64,000 nt of DNA, from the NCBI GenBank assembly GCA_004431415.1, contig QPMI01000122.1, positions 88,491 to 152,490 of the forward strand, read 5' to 3'. The position numbers and the translations under genes are program-made. Under the pieces are notes generated by a model. That model was not told the DNA's origin. It did not search any database and saw only the letters and a program-made list of their open reading frames with translations. Positions 11,499-23,787 of the stretch are shown piece after piece (within the stretch, counting starts at the first letter, position 1; every line of letters begins with the position of its first letter). The DNA is from Cyanophora paradoxa CCMP329 (Eukaryota; Plantae; Glaucophyta).

Positions 11499-14007
11499 AT
11501 GGGCACGCGCAGCGCGCTCCTGGCGCTGCTGGCGTACGCGCTAGCTTTCTCCATCGTCGGTGAGGGCCCCCGGCCGGCGGTTCGAACCGCGCACATCCGC
11601 TGCGGCTAACGCACCGCCTTCGCGCGGCCGCAGGCGCGGCGGAAGAGAACTCGCTTATTGCCGATGCGGGTCGCAACATGGCGGTCACGCTTCCGGCCGA
11701 GAGCGTGAAGCTGTACGGGAACGGCGGCTACGGCCCCGGCTTCCACGGCGAGGGGATGGAGTACCGCTGGGAGCAGGCGAGCGGGCCTGCCGTGCAGGCA
11801 CAGGGCACGAACGCGCGGCAGCTCGTCCTCTTCCCCGTGGAGCCTGGCCGCTACGTCTTCCGGCTAACGGTTGTGGACCCCGAGAACGACAACGCCGCCT
11901 CCGACATGGTCGAGGTCGTCGTGACGGGCGGTGCGGCCGGCCGGGCGCGCGTGCGCCGCCGCCGCGGGCCCGGGTTGAGCGGGCGCCGGCAGAGAGCGGG
12001 GCGCCGGAGGTCGACGCCGGTCGCGACGTGACGGTTGTGCTGCCCACCAAGTCCGTGCAGCTCGTCGGCCAGGCCCGCGACCCCAACAGTGCGCCCCGCC
12101 GCCCCTTCCACGCGCCGGGGCGCCGCCGAGCGGGCCGGCAGCGCCGATGACGTACCTGTGGAAGTTCGAGAAGGGCCCCGGGCTGGTCGGCCTCGCCGGC
12201 AAGGAGTCCCGCACCCTCCAGGCGCGCCCGCCCCGTGCCCCGCGCCCCACCCGCCCCGGGCCCGCCCCGCCGATCTTGCGCGGTCCGACCCGGCGCGCCC
12301 GCCCCGCAGGTCATGTTCGTCAACCCGGTCGAGGGGTGCGGCCCGCCCGCCCGCCCCGCTCCTCCCGCCCCGCCCGCCCCCCGCCGGAGCCGACGCGGCG
12401 GCGGGCCGGCGTGCGGGGCGCAGGGTGTACGAGTTCTCGTTCACGGCGACGGACGCGACGGGCCTGGCCTCCACCGACACCGTCAACGTCGTCCTCCAGC
12501 AGTGTACGGCCCCGCGCCGCCCCCTCCGCCACCGGGCCCGCCCCGCCGCGCCCTGCCGCGCCCTGACGCGGCGGCGGGGCGCAGCGAACCGGGCGCCGAG
12601 CATCGTGCCGGCGGCGGCGGTGACGATCATGTGGCCGCAGAACGAGGTGCAGCTCTCCGTGGAGGCGTCGGACGAGGACGGGCGCGTCGCCTCGTACGCG
12701 TGGCGCCAGGTCGAGGGGCCCCCCGCCGAGATCGCCGGCGCCGACTCCCCCACCGCCTCCATCCGCCTCCCCCGCACCGTCCGCCCCGCCCCGCGCCCCG
12801 CCGGCGTTCAGGAGCGTTCGGGCGCTGATGGGGGCCCGGGGGCAGGGGAGCTACGCGTTCAACGTGACGGTGACGGACAACAACGGCGCCTCCGCCGAGG
12901 AGTCCTTCCCCGTCTTCTGCGGCCAGCGTCCGCCCCGCCCCGCCCCGAACCCTCGCCTCCGCCGCTGCTGAAGGGGGCCCCCACTTGCGCAGCGCCGGCG
13001 GTGGTGCTGCAGCCGGACGTGTACGTGATCTGGCCGCAGGACAGCGTGAAGCTGGTGGCCCAGGTCAACGGCGCGGCGGCCGGCACCGAGTACCTCTGGC
13101 GCGTCGAGTCGGGCCCGAGCGTCGTGGGCCTGGGCGGCAAGTTCTCGCCCACGCTCGACGTCTTCAAGCTGGTGCGGGGCACGTACGAGTTCAGCCTGAC
13201 GGCGACGGACAAGGCGGGGATGAGCACGAGCGCCCGCACCACCGTCCGCGTCGTCGAGCGTGCGCCCCCCGCCGCTTCCCGCCCCCGCCGCCGGCGCGCG
13301 TTTTCCGGGCTGACGATGGCGGGGGCGCCCCGGGCAGAGCTGCTGCGGCCGCGCGTCTCGGCGGGGCCCGACGTGGACCTGCCGTACCCGCAGAACTCGG
13401 TGCAGCTGCAGGCGCGGGCGAGCGACGAGGACGGGCGCGTGTCGCGCATCGAGTGGGCGATCGAGGGCGGGCCGGCCGGCAAGGTCAAGATCGCGGGGCG
13501 GGACTCCCCCGTCCTCACCGTCGCCGACCTCGCCCAGGGCACCTACCTCTTCTCCGTCACCGGTAACCCCCCTTCCGCTCCGCCCCTCCCCCCGCCCCGC
13601 CCCGGCCGAGCGGGCGGCGCGCAGTGTGGGACGACATGGCGCTGAACGCGACGGACGAGGTGCTCGTGCGCGTGCGGGACGCCCGCGGCGAGGTCGCCCC
13701 GCTCCAGTCCCGCCGCTCCGCCCCGGGCGCCGACGAGGCGACCGGGCCCCGCGTCGGCCGCGCCGGCACCGTCCTCGTCATCGTCCTCTGCGCCGTCCTC
13801 GGCCTCGGCGCCGCCGCCTGCGTCGGCGTCTTCTTCTGGGAGCGCCGCCGCCGCGCCCAGGAGGAGGCCCGCATGCAGGCGCAGCGCGCCGGCGCCATGC
13901 CGCCGCTCGGGCGGCGCGGCCCCGGGGCCAAGCCGACCTCCCCGGGCCCCGTCTCCGCCAAGGAGGCCACCAGCTACAAGCCCTTCACCTTCTTCGACAA
14001 CCTGTAG
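11499..14007 (+). CDS. KIAA0319/AAVR-like type I membrane protein with ~5 PKD domains
   Basis: Signal peptide MGTRSALLALLAYALAFSIV. Five repeats of 'A.AG.D..V.LP..SV.L...YxW..xxGP...GxYxFxLTVTD'. TM VLVIVLCAVLGLGAAACVGVFFW. Tail ends YKPFTFFDNL*. Confidence 0.85.
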
Positions 14008-14192
14008 CCCGGGGGGCCCCGCAGGCCCCGTCCACCCCCTTCCCCGCCCCCACTCTGCCCCCACCCACACCCCTTCCTCTCCCCGCTCCGCCCCCACCCC
14101 GCGTGCTTGGTCAACAGTGGTTTCATTCGTGCACGAGAGCGATAGTTGCGCGCGCGGCTCCCGGCGGCTCCCGGGGAGCGGCGGGGAAGGGC

Positions 14193-16793
14193 TCAGCGGG
14201 CGGCGCGGGCGGCGGCGGCGGCGGCGGGGTCGCCGGCAGAGGCCGTCCGCTCCGGCTTCGAGTTGCGGAAGTGCAGCTTGGACTCGTAGTACGCGATCAC
14301 CTTCATCGGGTCCCGCTGCACGCTGGCGTCAGGGCGGACGCGGGGCGACAAGACGGGCGCGGGGCGGCGGGCGCTGTGACGGGCCTTGGCGACGTGGAGG
14401 GAGGGAAGGGCCTCCTGGCGGGTGCTGCCGTCTGCCAAAGTGTACTTGACGACCAGGTTGATGGTGCCGTCGGGCCCCTTGCGCGCCGTCACGATCTCCG
14501 TGATGCTCGAGTCACTCCCCAGCTCCTGCGCACGGCCCCGCCCGCATCGGACCCGCGTCCCTCCGGCCCGGCCCGGCGTGTCGCGCACGGGGTGCTCGAA
14601 GGTGGGGGCCGTCTGGACGGAGGTCGAGCGCAGGTTGTTGGACTTCTCGAGGCTCGTGCCGCTGATCGAGTTCGGCTCCGGGGCGCCGTCGCCCCCCGTC
14701 ACGTCGAAGACGACGTCCCCGCCGCGGGCGGTGTTGTCTACGGCCGCCCGCGGGGACTTGCCCTTGTCGATCATCACGCCCACGCTCCCCGCCGGCTCCA
14801 GGCTGCCCTCCTCCTCCGCCCGCGCCCCCCCCTCCGCCCCCTCCACCTTCACGCCGCCCGCCGGCGCGGGCGCAGGCGTCGAGTCCTCGCTGAAGATGTC
14901 TTTAACGAGGATGGCCGTCCCCTCCGCCACGACCTGATCCTCGGCCGAGGGCGCCGGGGGCGCCGCCGCCGCCCGCTGCTGCTGCGCCTGCTGCCCCGCG
15001 CTGCCCGCCGTCTGCAGGCCAGCGGAAGGCACCGATTGCGGCGCCGCGCGGGCCGGCGCCTGCGGCGCAGGGCGGGCCGGCGCCTGCGGCTGGGGGATGG
15101 AGCTGTTGCGCTCGAGGGGCATGTTCGACTCGCCGACGACCTTGCCGCTCTCGTCCACCTCCCGCACGCGCGTGTGCTCCCCGAAGCTCACCTGCGCGCC
15201 GGCGAGGCGGTCAGTCTCGGGGCGCCCCGGGCCCCGCATGGCGGCCACGCCGCGCACCCGCGAGCCGCTGCCGGACTTGGTGAGGCTGGAGGAAGGGGTG
15301 AGGGGCGCCGCGGGGGCGGCGGGGGCGCCGGTGCCGTCTGCCTCCTCGAAGACGCCCTTCTCGCGCAGGTCCGGCAGGCCGCCCGCCTTGCCGCCCGCCT
15401 CCGCCGCCGCCGCCTCCGCCGCCGCCGGCTGCGCGCTGCCCGCGGCGGCCGCTGCGCCCGGCGCTCGGGCTCGAGCCTTCAAGTTCCGCGGGCCACCGCC
15501 GGCGGTGCCCCCGCCGAGGGCCGCCGGGGCCGAGGCGGAGGAGGTGACGGGTGCGGCAGGAGGGGAATCGCGGGTGTGGAGGGGACGGCGGGGGCCGAGG
15601 AGGCGGGGGCCTGGGCGGGCGCCGGGGCCGGGGCGGGCTCCGGGGCGGCGGGGGCGTGGGCGGGCGGGGCGGGCGTGAAGTCCTCCTCGGGGGCCGCCGC
15701 GTCGCGCATCTCCGCGTCCGCCTTCGCCTCCGGCCGCGCCTCCGCCCCGCGCCCTTCCTCGCCCTCCTCGCCCGTCTTCCGCCGCTTGCCGCGCTTGTCC
15801 GACAGGCCCTCCGACACGGGCTCCTGCGAGTCGCGGAGGCCGTGCCGCTTCCCCTCCTTCTTCTCCTCCTTCACCTTGCCCTCCTTCTCCTCCGTCTTGG
15901 CCTTGGGCGGCCGGCCGCGGCCCCGCTTCGCCGGCTGCGCCGGCTTCTCCTCCTTCTCGTCCTCCTCCGTCGCCCCCCCGTCCTCCTCCTCCTCTTTCGC
16001 CTTCTTCGCCTTCTCCTCGCGCTCCTTTGGCTTGGGCTTCGGCTTCTCGTCGTCCTCCGTCTCCTCATCGTCCTCCTCCTTCACATCCTTCTTCGACGCG
16101 CGCTTCGGCTTCTTCTCCTTCTCCTCCTCCTCCTCGGACGACCCCTTCTCGTCGTCGCTCGCCTCGGCCGTCTTCTTCCTCTTGTCCTTGCCCTTCTTCT
16201 CCTTCGACTCGTCATCACTTTCCGAGGCGCTCTCCTCGCCGCCGCTGGACGCGCCCTTGCTGCCACGCCTGCCCGTCTTGGTCGCGCCCTTCTCGGCCTT
16301 ATCGGCCTTCTTCTTTTCCTTGAGGGCCTGCTGGAACTCCTTGAACACCTCCAGTTCTTTCACGTGCGACAGGGGCTCCCATGTGTTCGCCGATTCGGGC
16401 CAGCCCTCCCACTTCACGAGGTACTTCTTCTGGCCCTACGCTCGGAGTGAGCGGCGAGCGGGAGGATCAAATGTCGCGCGTCCGAGTCAACCGATGCCGG
16501 CAGGCGACGCGGCTGCGAACCTTGACAGTTCTCACTTCCACGATTTTCTCGACGACGTACTCTGCCTCCTGCTCAGAATCGCTGTCGTCCGCATTCGACC
16601 CGCGCTTCCGCTTGCCAGTCTCCGCCGCTTTCTTTCCGCGGCCCCTCTGCAAGGGCGCAACGACTTGATAAGCGAGAGAGCTAACCGTACACGCGCGCTC
16701 GGGCAGATCGCTTGCCTTCGTCGGCTTCTCCTCGCCATCTGAGCCGGAATCCGACGCCGGATCCTCCTTTGATGCTTTCTTGCCTCTCGCCAT
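14193..16793 (-). CDS. HP1-like protein: N-terminal chromodomain, AT-hook, C-terminal chromo-shadow domain
   Basis: EYVVEKIVEVR..KKYLVKWEGWPESANTWEPLSHV (chromo); KRGRGRPPK (AT-hook); ITEIVTARKGPDGTINLVVKY...RDPMKVIAYYESKLHF (shadow). One apparent 1-bp frameshift near 15570. Confidence 0.85.
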
Positions 16794-17023
16794 GGTGTTT
16801 GTCCTGCGAATCGCGCGCGTCAGACAAGGTTTGGTAACTGGCTCCGTTGAGCGCGTTCGCGGCGGGAAAGTCGAGAGGCGCCGAGGTTTCTAATGCGTTC
16901 GCTGGCTTCGAGCAGATAATAGGCCTTAAAGGAGCTTCGAGACGAATGCGGCCGCCGCGCACGCCCGGTGCCGGATCACCGCCGACGATGACAGCGGAGA
17001 CCGGACGGATGCCTAACGTAAAG

Positions 17024-20000
17024 CGCGTCTATCCGTATCACGTAGACGTAGGCCAGCACGCACACTCGCGCGAAGAAAGAACGCTTGCCGGGGGTGGACT
17101 ACTGTGGGGGTAGAGTGCGTTCCTGGGGTCGAGGCCACAGCGGCGCAGGCGGGATGGAGGCCACCGCGTTTTTGAGCTCTGCGATAGCGGTTGGTACCGG
17201 ACGTTCACGGACGCTGGCGGGCGCGGATGCCGGGACGATTTGTATCTCGACGGACGCGACGCCGTTGAGGTCGTCCGGAGGCTCGAAACATCAGCGCACT
17301 TTCTTTTCTGGGTCAGCGGCGGCGTCCCTTTCCTGGTTGCCGAGGCGAGCTGGCGCGAGCCGACGAATCCCCGCTGCGCCTGTGTCCCTGGATGCGGTCG
17401 CCTCTGGAACCCGTCCTAGAGCAGCTCGGGAGACGGGAGAGGAACCACGGAATCGCGCGCGCAGGGCGCCGCGCGTGCCTGCTGCGGGCCCGTCCACGTC
17501 GTCCGCCCAGCCAGCGCAGCGCGGGCTGACGGACAGGCAAGTCACCACGTTGGTGCGCCACTCCTCGCGCGACCCGCGGCAAAGCCCGCGCGCAGCGATG
17601 CGGGCCTGACGAGATTCCGGGCCAGATTCGATCGGCGGCGACTGCAGAGGCGGCGCTGGGGGCGTTCGAGCTGCTCCCGCGGGCCGGCAGGAAGAACAAC
17701 CTCATCCACCACAACGCGCTCCTCAAGGCCCTGGTGCCCCGCACCGCCGCCGCCCCGCCCCCACGTGCCGCCCCTCGGCTAAGCTCCCGCGCGCAGTGCG
17801 GGGCGCGCGCGGTGGACCGTGCGCGGGACGTGCTGGAGCGCATGGAGGCGGCGGCCGGCGGGGGCGCCGGCGCGGCGGACGCGTGCGCGCCCGACGTCCT
17901 CTCGTACAACACACTCGTCGCCGGTGCGGCCGCCTCCTCTGCCCGCCCGCCCGCCCCGCCCGCCCGCCGGCGGCCGGGTCCGACGGGGGCGGGGCGGGGC
18001 AGGCTACGCGAGCGAGGGGCGGGTGGAGGAGGCGGAGGCGCTGGTGGCGCGCATGCGGGCGGCCGGCGCGGCGCCCGACGCGGTGACGTATAGCACGCTC
18101 GTGCACGCCTGCGCCCGCGCCCTCCCGCCCCGCATGGACCTCGCCGAGAAGGCCCGCCCCCCCGCCGTCCCTTTCGCCCCGCGCCCGCCCCGGGCTGACG
18201 GCGGGGGCAGACGGTGGCGGAGATGCGGGCGGCCGGCGTGCAGCCGAACCTCGTCACCTACAACGTGCGCCCCGCCTTCCCGCCCCGTCCCTGCGCACCG
18301 CCAACTGGCGGGCGGGCGGGCGGCAGACGCTGGTGCACGGGTACGCGGCGGCGGGAATGGCGGCGGAGGCCCTCGCCACCCTCCGCGCCCTCGTGCGGCC
18401 CGGCCCCGCCCCCGCCCTCGCCTCCGACCGCCGACGGGCCTGGCCGGGCAGGAGGGCGAGCTGGGGACGGACGTGACGACGTGGAACGCCTGCCTGCACG
18501 CCTGCTTCCGCGCCGCCCGCCCCGAGGCCGTGCGCCCCAACCCGCCCCGCACCGCCCTGGCCGGGGCCGCCCGCCCACGCCCCGGGGCAGGCGCAAGCGC
18601 TCTTCGACCGGATGGAGGGGCGCCCGGCCGCGGGGCCCGCCGCGGGGCCCGGCCCGCCCCGCCCCGCCCCAACGCCGTCACCTACAGTGCGCCTCTCGCC
18701 TCGCTCGCGGCCCCGCCGTGCCGCGCCGGGCGGGGCCGACGGGGCGGCAGGCACGATGATCGGGGGCCTGTGCGACGCCGGCGCGCCGGGGCCCGCCCGC
18801 GCCCTCCTCCGCCGCCTCGTGCGCCTGCCCGGCCCGCCCGCCCCGCTCGCCGCCAACGCGCCGGGCGCGCAGGCGGCGGAGGGGGCGCCGCGGCCGCTCC
18901 GCGCGGCGGCGACGACGGCGCTCCTCGACGGCCTCCGCCGCGCCGTGCGCCCCGCCCCCGCCCCGCCCCGCCCCGTCCCCCGGCCTCCCCTCCTCACCCG
19001 CGGCGCAGGGGCGGGCGGAGGAGCTGGCGGAGGCGTTCGAGGAGGCGGAGCGGGCTGGCCTGGCGGACGCGCGGCTCTACGCGGCGGCGGTGGCCGGCCT
19101 GGCGCGGGGCGGGCGGCCGGCGGCGGCGGAGGCGGCGCTGCGGGAGATGCGGCGGCGCGGGCACGCCGCCGGCGAGGCGCTCTTCGGGGCCGTCCTCGAC
19201 GCCTTCGTCGCGGCGGGGGACGGCCCCGGGGCCGACCGGCTCCTCGGGGCCCAGCGGGAGGCGGGGGTGCCGTGCGGGGACGCCGTGCGGCTGACGGCGG
19301 CGCTGCGGTGCGGCGTCTCGCACGGGCGCGCGATGGAGGTGTTCCGGGACCTGGGCGAGGGGGCGGCCTGGCTCGCGGCCCTCCGCCCCGACGCCCGCCT
19401 CTACACCGCGCTCCTCGAGTCCTGCGCCCGCGACCGCAACGCCCGCGACGCCCGCGCCGTCTTCGCCGCCGCGCCCCGCCCCGACGCCGTCCTCTGCGGG
19501 CCCGTGCCCCCTCCTCCCCCTCTCTTTCCCCCTCCCTGCGCCCCTGACGCCCCGGCGCAGGGTGATGATGCGGGCGTACCTGCGCTCGGGGCTCCCGCGG
19601 GAGGCCCTCGCCCTCTTCGACACCCTCCGCCGCGAGCGCCGCCTCGCCCCCACCGCCGTCCGCCCCGCCCCGCCCCGCCCCCGTCCCGGACTGACGGCCC
19701 TCTCTGTCTCTCTCTCTCTTTCGGCGCAGTCGTGCTACGCGGCGGCGGTGGACGCGGCGACGCGGGCCGGGGACGGGGCGCGGGCGGCGGGCCTGGTGCG
19801 GGAGATGCGGCGGGCGGGCCACCGGCCCTCGGCGCGCCTCTACAACGTGGCGATCCAGAGCCAGGGGGCCCTGGGCCGCGCCGACGCCTGCTTCGAGCTC
19901 TACGAGGAGATGCGCGCCGCCGGCGTCGCCCCCACCGCCCTCACCCTCTCCTCCCTCATGGCCGCCTGCGTCCGCTCCGGCGAGCCCCGCCGCGCCCTCG

Positions 20001-21609
20001 GCCTCCTCCCCGCCGTGGAGGCCCTCCCGCCGGCCGAGCGGCTCGACACGCGCGCCTACAACGGCCTCCTGCGCGCCCTCGCCGCCTCGCGCTGCGGCGC
20101 CGACGAGGCGCTCGCCCTCCTGCGGCACCTCTCGAGCCTCGGGGCGCGCCCCGACGAGGAGACCTGCGCGCTGCTCGTCGAGGCCTGCGTGCAGGCCGGC
20201 CGCGCCGGCGAGGCCCTCGCGGCGCTGCGCGAGATGACGGCCGCCGGCGTCCGCCCGACGCCCGTGACGTACAGCAGCCTCGTGCGGGCCCTCGCGGGGA
20301 GCATGCAGCAGGAGGCCGCCTTCGGCCTCCTCGCCGACATGCGCGGCGCGGGGCTCGAGGGCGACGCCCGCGCCGCCCGCCGGGCCTACGGCGCGCTCGT
20401 CGAGTCGTTCATCGCGAGCGGCGAGCCGCTGCGGGCGCTGCTGGGCCTGCGGGAGATGGAGGAGCGCGGCCTGCCGCCGCCCCGCGCCGCCTTCGAGCGC
20501 CTCATCGACGCCTTCTCCGGCTCCGAGCGCGTCGACGAGGCCTTCGCCGTCTTCCGGTACCCCCCGCCCGCCCCCCCCCCCTCCCTCTCTTCGGGCCTGA
20601 CGGGGGGCGGGGCGCAGGATGATGGAGGGGGCGCTGGGGGGCCCGACCCCGCGGGCGTACGGGGCGCTGATCGAGGCGCTGGCACGGGCGCGGGAGCCGC
20701 TGCGGGCGACGCTCGGGCTGCGGGAGGCGGAGTCGCGGGGCCTGCGCCCCGGGCTCCCCACCTACGACCGGGTGGTCCAGCGCCTCGGCGAGGCGCGCGA
20801 GGTCGACGCCGCCTTCGCCGTCCTCGGCCGCATGCAGGCCTCGTACCCCCGCGCCCCCGCCCGCCCGGGCGCCTACGCCGCCCTCGTCGAGGCCTGCGCC
20901 GGGCGCGGCCTGCTGTTGAAGGCCCTCCTCGGCGTCGCCGAGCTCCAGCGCGCCCTCGACGCCGGGGTCGGCGCCGCCGCCCTCCCGCCCGCCGCCGCCG
21001 CCGCCGCCGGCGAGGGGGCCGCCCCGGACCGGCACCTGCGGCGGGCGTACAGCGCGGCGCTGGCGGCGCTGACGGAGCGGGACGCGGGGGACGGGTACGA
21101 GCTCTACCGCGCGGTGCGGCGGCGCTGGGGCCTCGAGCCCGACGACGCCGCCCTCGCCATCCTCCTCTCCGCCCACCTCGACGGCTCCCCGCTCCTCCGG
21201 CCCATCCCCCCCCCCCCCCCCCCCGAGCGGCCCCCCTCCCCGGCGCCCCTCCTCCTCCCCGCCTCCGCCTCCCCCCCCCCCGGGGACGAGAGCGGCCTCC
21301 TCCTCCCCACCGCCCTCTTCGCCCCCCGCGGTCCCACCCCCGCCAAGCCTTAGTGCTGCCCTTTCAAAGGTCCGGTTGGATGTCGTCCCTGCAGCATCGG
21401 CGCACCCGCTCATCAGGTTTTCAAGCCCTCGTGTGTCTTTTACAACTTTCAAGCTTTTTGCATATTGTGTGTCCGATGAATCATGTACCTTTGTCTCGGG
21501 AGATCTAGAGGAATAGATTAGACCTTCAGGTAGTGTGTGTTGCCATGTCGTGTGCATGTCACCCTTGCAGTTATGATGTTTTTTTTTTTTTGAATATTTC
21601 AACTTGCTA
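17024..21609 (+). repeat. Segmental duplication unit 1 (PPR gene plus flanks)
   Basis: Near-identical to ~27216-31334, from 'cgcgtctatccgtatcac' to 'ttcaacttgcta'. Confidence 0.9.
17154..21353 (+). CDS. P-class pentatricopeptide repeat protein, copy A, with plastid-transit-peptide-like N-terminus
   Basis: Repeated PPR motifs (PDVLSYNTLV, PDAVTYSTLV, PNLVTYN, DVTTWNACL, PTPVTYSSLV). N-terminus MEATAFLSSAIAV is Ser/Thr/Arg-rich. Confidence 0.9.
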
Positions 21610-21725
21610 GGGCTGAATTATGAACGGCACTGAAAACTTCCGATGACCTGATTACGAGCACATCGGAGCAATCATAATGAAAACATTATGGGTCATTACG
21701 CCACAACGCGCCTTCACCTTGAGAG

Positions 21726-23529
21726 TTAGGCAAAAAGTTGGGAGAGAAACCCTAAAATACCGTCGAAAGAAATACATGCTGTGTCCTCAGCATCAGATGT
21801 ATCTTCTGCACCTCCAATCACGCTGGCGCCTTCAGAACAAGCACTCTCCACTTCGCCACCCCTTGCCACAGATCGCGGGGCCGCCACGCCCGCTGCTGCA
21901 GCCTCGCCGCCCGTGGACCCGCCATTGCCCCCCGCCTCTGCCCCATTGCCGCTTGCCGTTGATCGCGGGGCCGCTACGCCCGCCGCTGCAGCCTCGCCGC
22001 CCGTGGACCCGCCATCGCCCCCCGCCTCCGCTCCGCTGCCGCTTGCCGTTGATCGCGGGGCCGCCACGCCCGCCGCTGCAGCCTCGCCGCCCGCGGACCC
22101 GCCATCGCCCCCGGCCTCTGCTCCGCTGCCGCTTGCCGTTGATCGCGGGGCCGCTACGCCCGCCGCTGCAGCCTCGCCGCCCGCGGACCCGCCATCGCCC
22201 CCCGCCTCCGCTCCGCTGCCGCTTTCCGTTGATCGCGGGGCCGCTACGCCCGCCGCTGCAGCCTCGCCGCCCGCGGACCCGCCATCGCCCCCCGCCTCCG
22301 CTCCGCTGCCGCTTTTCGTTGATCGTGGGGCCTCCACGCCCGCCGCTGCAGCCTCGCCGCCCGTGGACCTGCCATCGCCCCCCGCCTCGGCTCCGCTGCC
22401 GCTTGCCGTTGATCGCGGGGCCGCCACGCCCGCCGCTGCAGCCTCGCCGCCCGCGGACCCGCCATCGCCCCCGGCCTCCGCTCCGCTGCCGCTTGCCGTT
22501 GATCGCGGGGCCGCTACGCCCGCCGCTGCAGCCTCGCCGCCCGCGGACCCGCCATCGCCCCCCGCCTCCGCTCCGCTGCCGCTTTCCGCCGATCGGGGTG
22601 CCGGGGGGCTCGTAGGATCCTCCGATTCCGAAATGTTTTTTTCAGTTGCCTTGGCAATTGCCTCCTCGTACCCGCCTGTCGATGGGCCCACGTCCAACCT
22701 AACGAGCGGTTTTTGCTCGAGATCGAACTGGCGGTGGCGTTAAAAGGGGAGGCTTGAATAGGAAGCGTAGCAGAGGCGCAAGGCACACGTGGTTGCGCTG
22801 TTTTGCAATCCCCAGACCGTGAGTAAAGCTCTGCAGCCCGCAGCGCCACGTGCAGCAACCGTCCACAAGCACTCGCGCGCCAGGATCTGCCCTCACTCCT
22901 GTCCGACCCACCTCGTGCAAGTAGCAGCGTCTCACCTGGGCGCACATTGAAAAAATAGAAAGATAGCGAAAATATACGGCCAGAACCTCGCAAAGAGCTG
23001 CCTTCTGAATCCAGATGGCTTCTCCGTCACATGGGCCCACGTCGCAGTTCTCGATAACAGCACGCGCGCCCGTGCCGCCCTCGATAATGACTGCGCTGGT
23101 TCGGGGCGCGGATGCTTGCAGCCGGCACCGAGTGATCCGAAGCTCGCCTTCCTCAGACTCGCTCCAACAAAGAGCGCCTTTTACGAGAGCATCCTTTGGT
23201 ATGCGGACATCACACCGATCGAAAATGCATTTGCCGGCGCGTACGTTCAGTTCCGCGCCGCCGACGATCGTCAAGTTGACAAAAGTGATTGTGCTGCCTG
23301 TTCCAGCACGCAACTCAATGGTCGGTCTGGAAAAGTCGTGCGAGCGTATAGATGCATTACGGCCTACAATCGTAAGCTGAGCTTCGGCCGGAATAACCGC
23401 CGAGACGTTTGCATCAAGCTCGCCGACCACTACGACGGTGCCTGCCCATCCGATCGCTTCGCCTGCAGCATCCAAGCTCTCGTACGCGTTGTCAAATTGG
23501 TGCCGAGACACCAAGACCAGCGCTCTCAT
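21726..23529 (-). CDS. Right-handed beta-helix (pectin-lyase-like/CASH) protein with Gly/Ala/Ser tandem-repeat tail
   Basis: MRALVLVSRHQFDNAYESLDAA...LTIVG...TITFVNLTIVG...AVIENCDV..CDGEAIWI..VRRCYLHEVGRTGVRA. Splices into ORF 21726-22697. Confidence 0.6.
21871..22600. repeat. 90-bp tandem repeat, 8 full units plus a partial unit
   Basis: Units start with gatcg(c/t)gggg at 21871, 21961, 22051 ... 22501, partial at 22591. Encodes the 30-aa unit AAPRSTASGSGAEAGGDGGSAGGEAAAAGV on the minus strand. Confidence 0.95.
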
Positions 23530-23569
23530 GAATTCAATTGCATCGGTACCCCCTGACGACACACCTCAG

Positions 23570-23639
23570 TGACACCTGAGTGACACCTAAGTGACACCTG
23601 ACACGGTGTCACGGAGGCTCGTGTCAGCCGATCGTGTCA
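23570..23639. promoter_or_regulatory. Cluster of TGACAC/GTGTCA motifs in a divergent promoter
   Basis: TGACAC at 23570, 23581, 23592, 23599; GTGTCA at 23606, 23621, 23634. Lies between ATGs at 23529(-) and 23788(+). Confidence 0.5.
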
Positions 23640-23787
23640 GTCAGCTGCTGCTCAGCGGCAATCGCATCGACAGATCGGGGGTCGACTGGTTGTTGTTTGC
23701 GGCAAGCGCTGCGGCCTACAGGTGATCGTAGATGCACGCAGGAATGATCGCTTTGAAGATTATCGCAAAGTATGACACAAACCGTAG

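Noticed and set aside
15480-15580. Programmed frameshift in the HP1-like gene
   Set aside because: No slippery sequence; a single missing base is more simply an assembly error, like other 1-bp indels in this window.
13626-16742. 1038-aa plus-strand ORF and many other long Arg/Pro/Gly-rich ORFs
   Set aside because: Shadow ORFs caused by stop-codon scarcity at very high GC; the recognisable genes lie in other frames or on the other strand.
21871-22600. Regular repeat as a CRISPR array
   Set aside because: Contiguous tandem units with no unique spacers, eukaryotic context, no cas genes.
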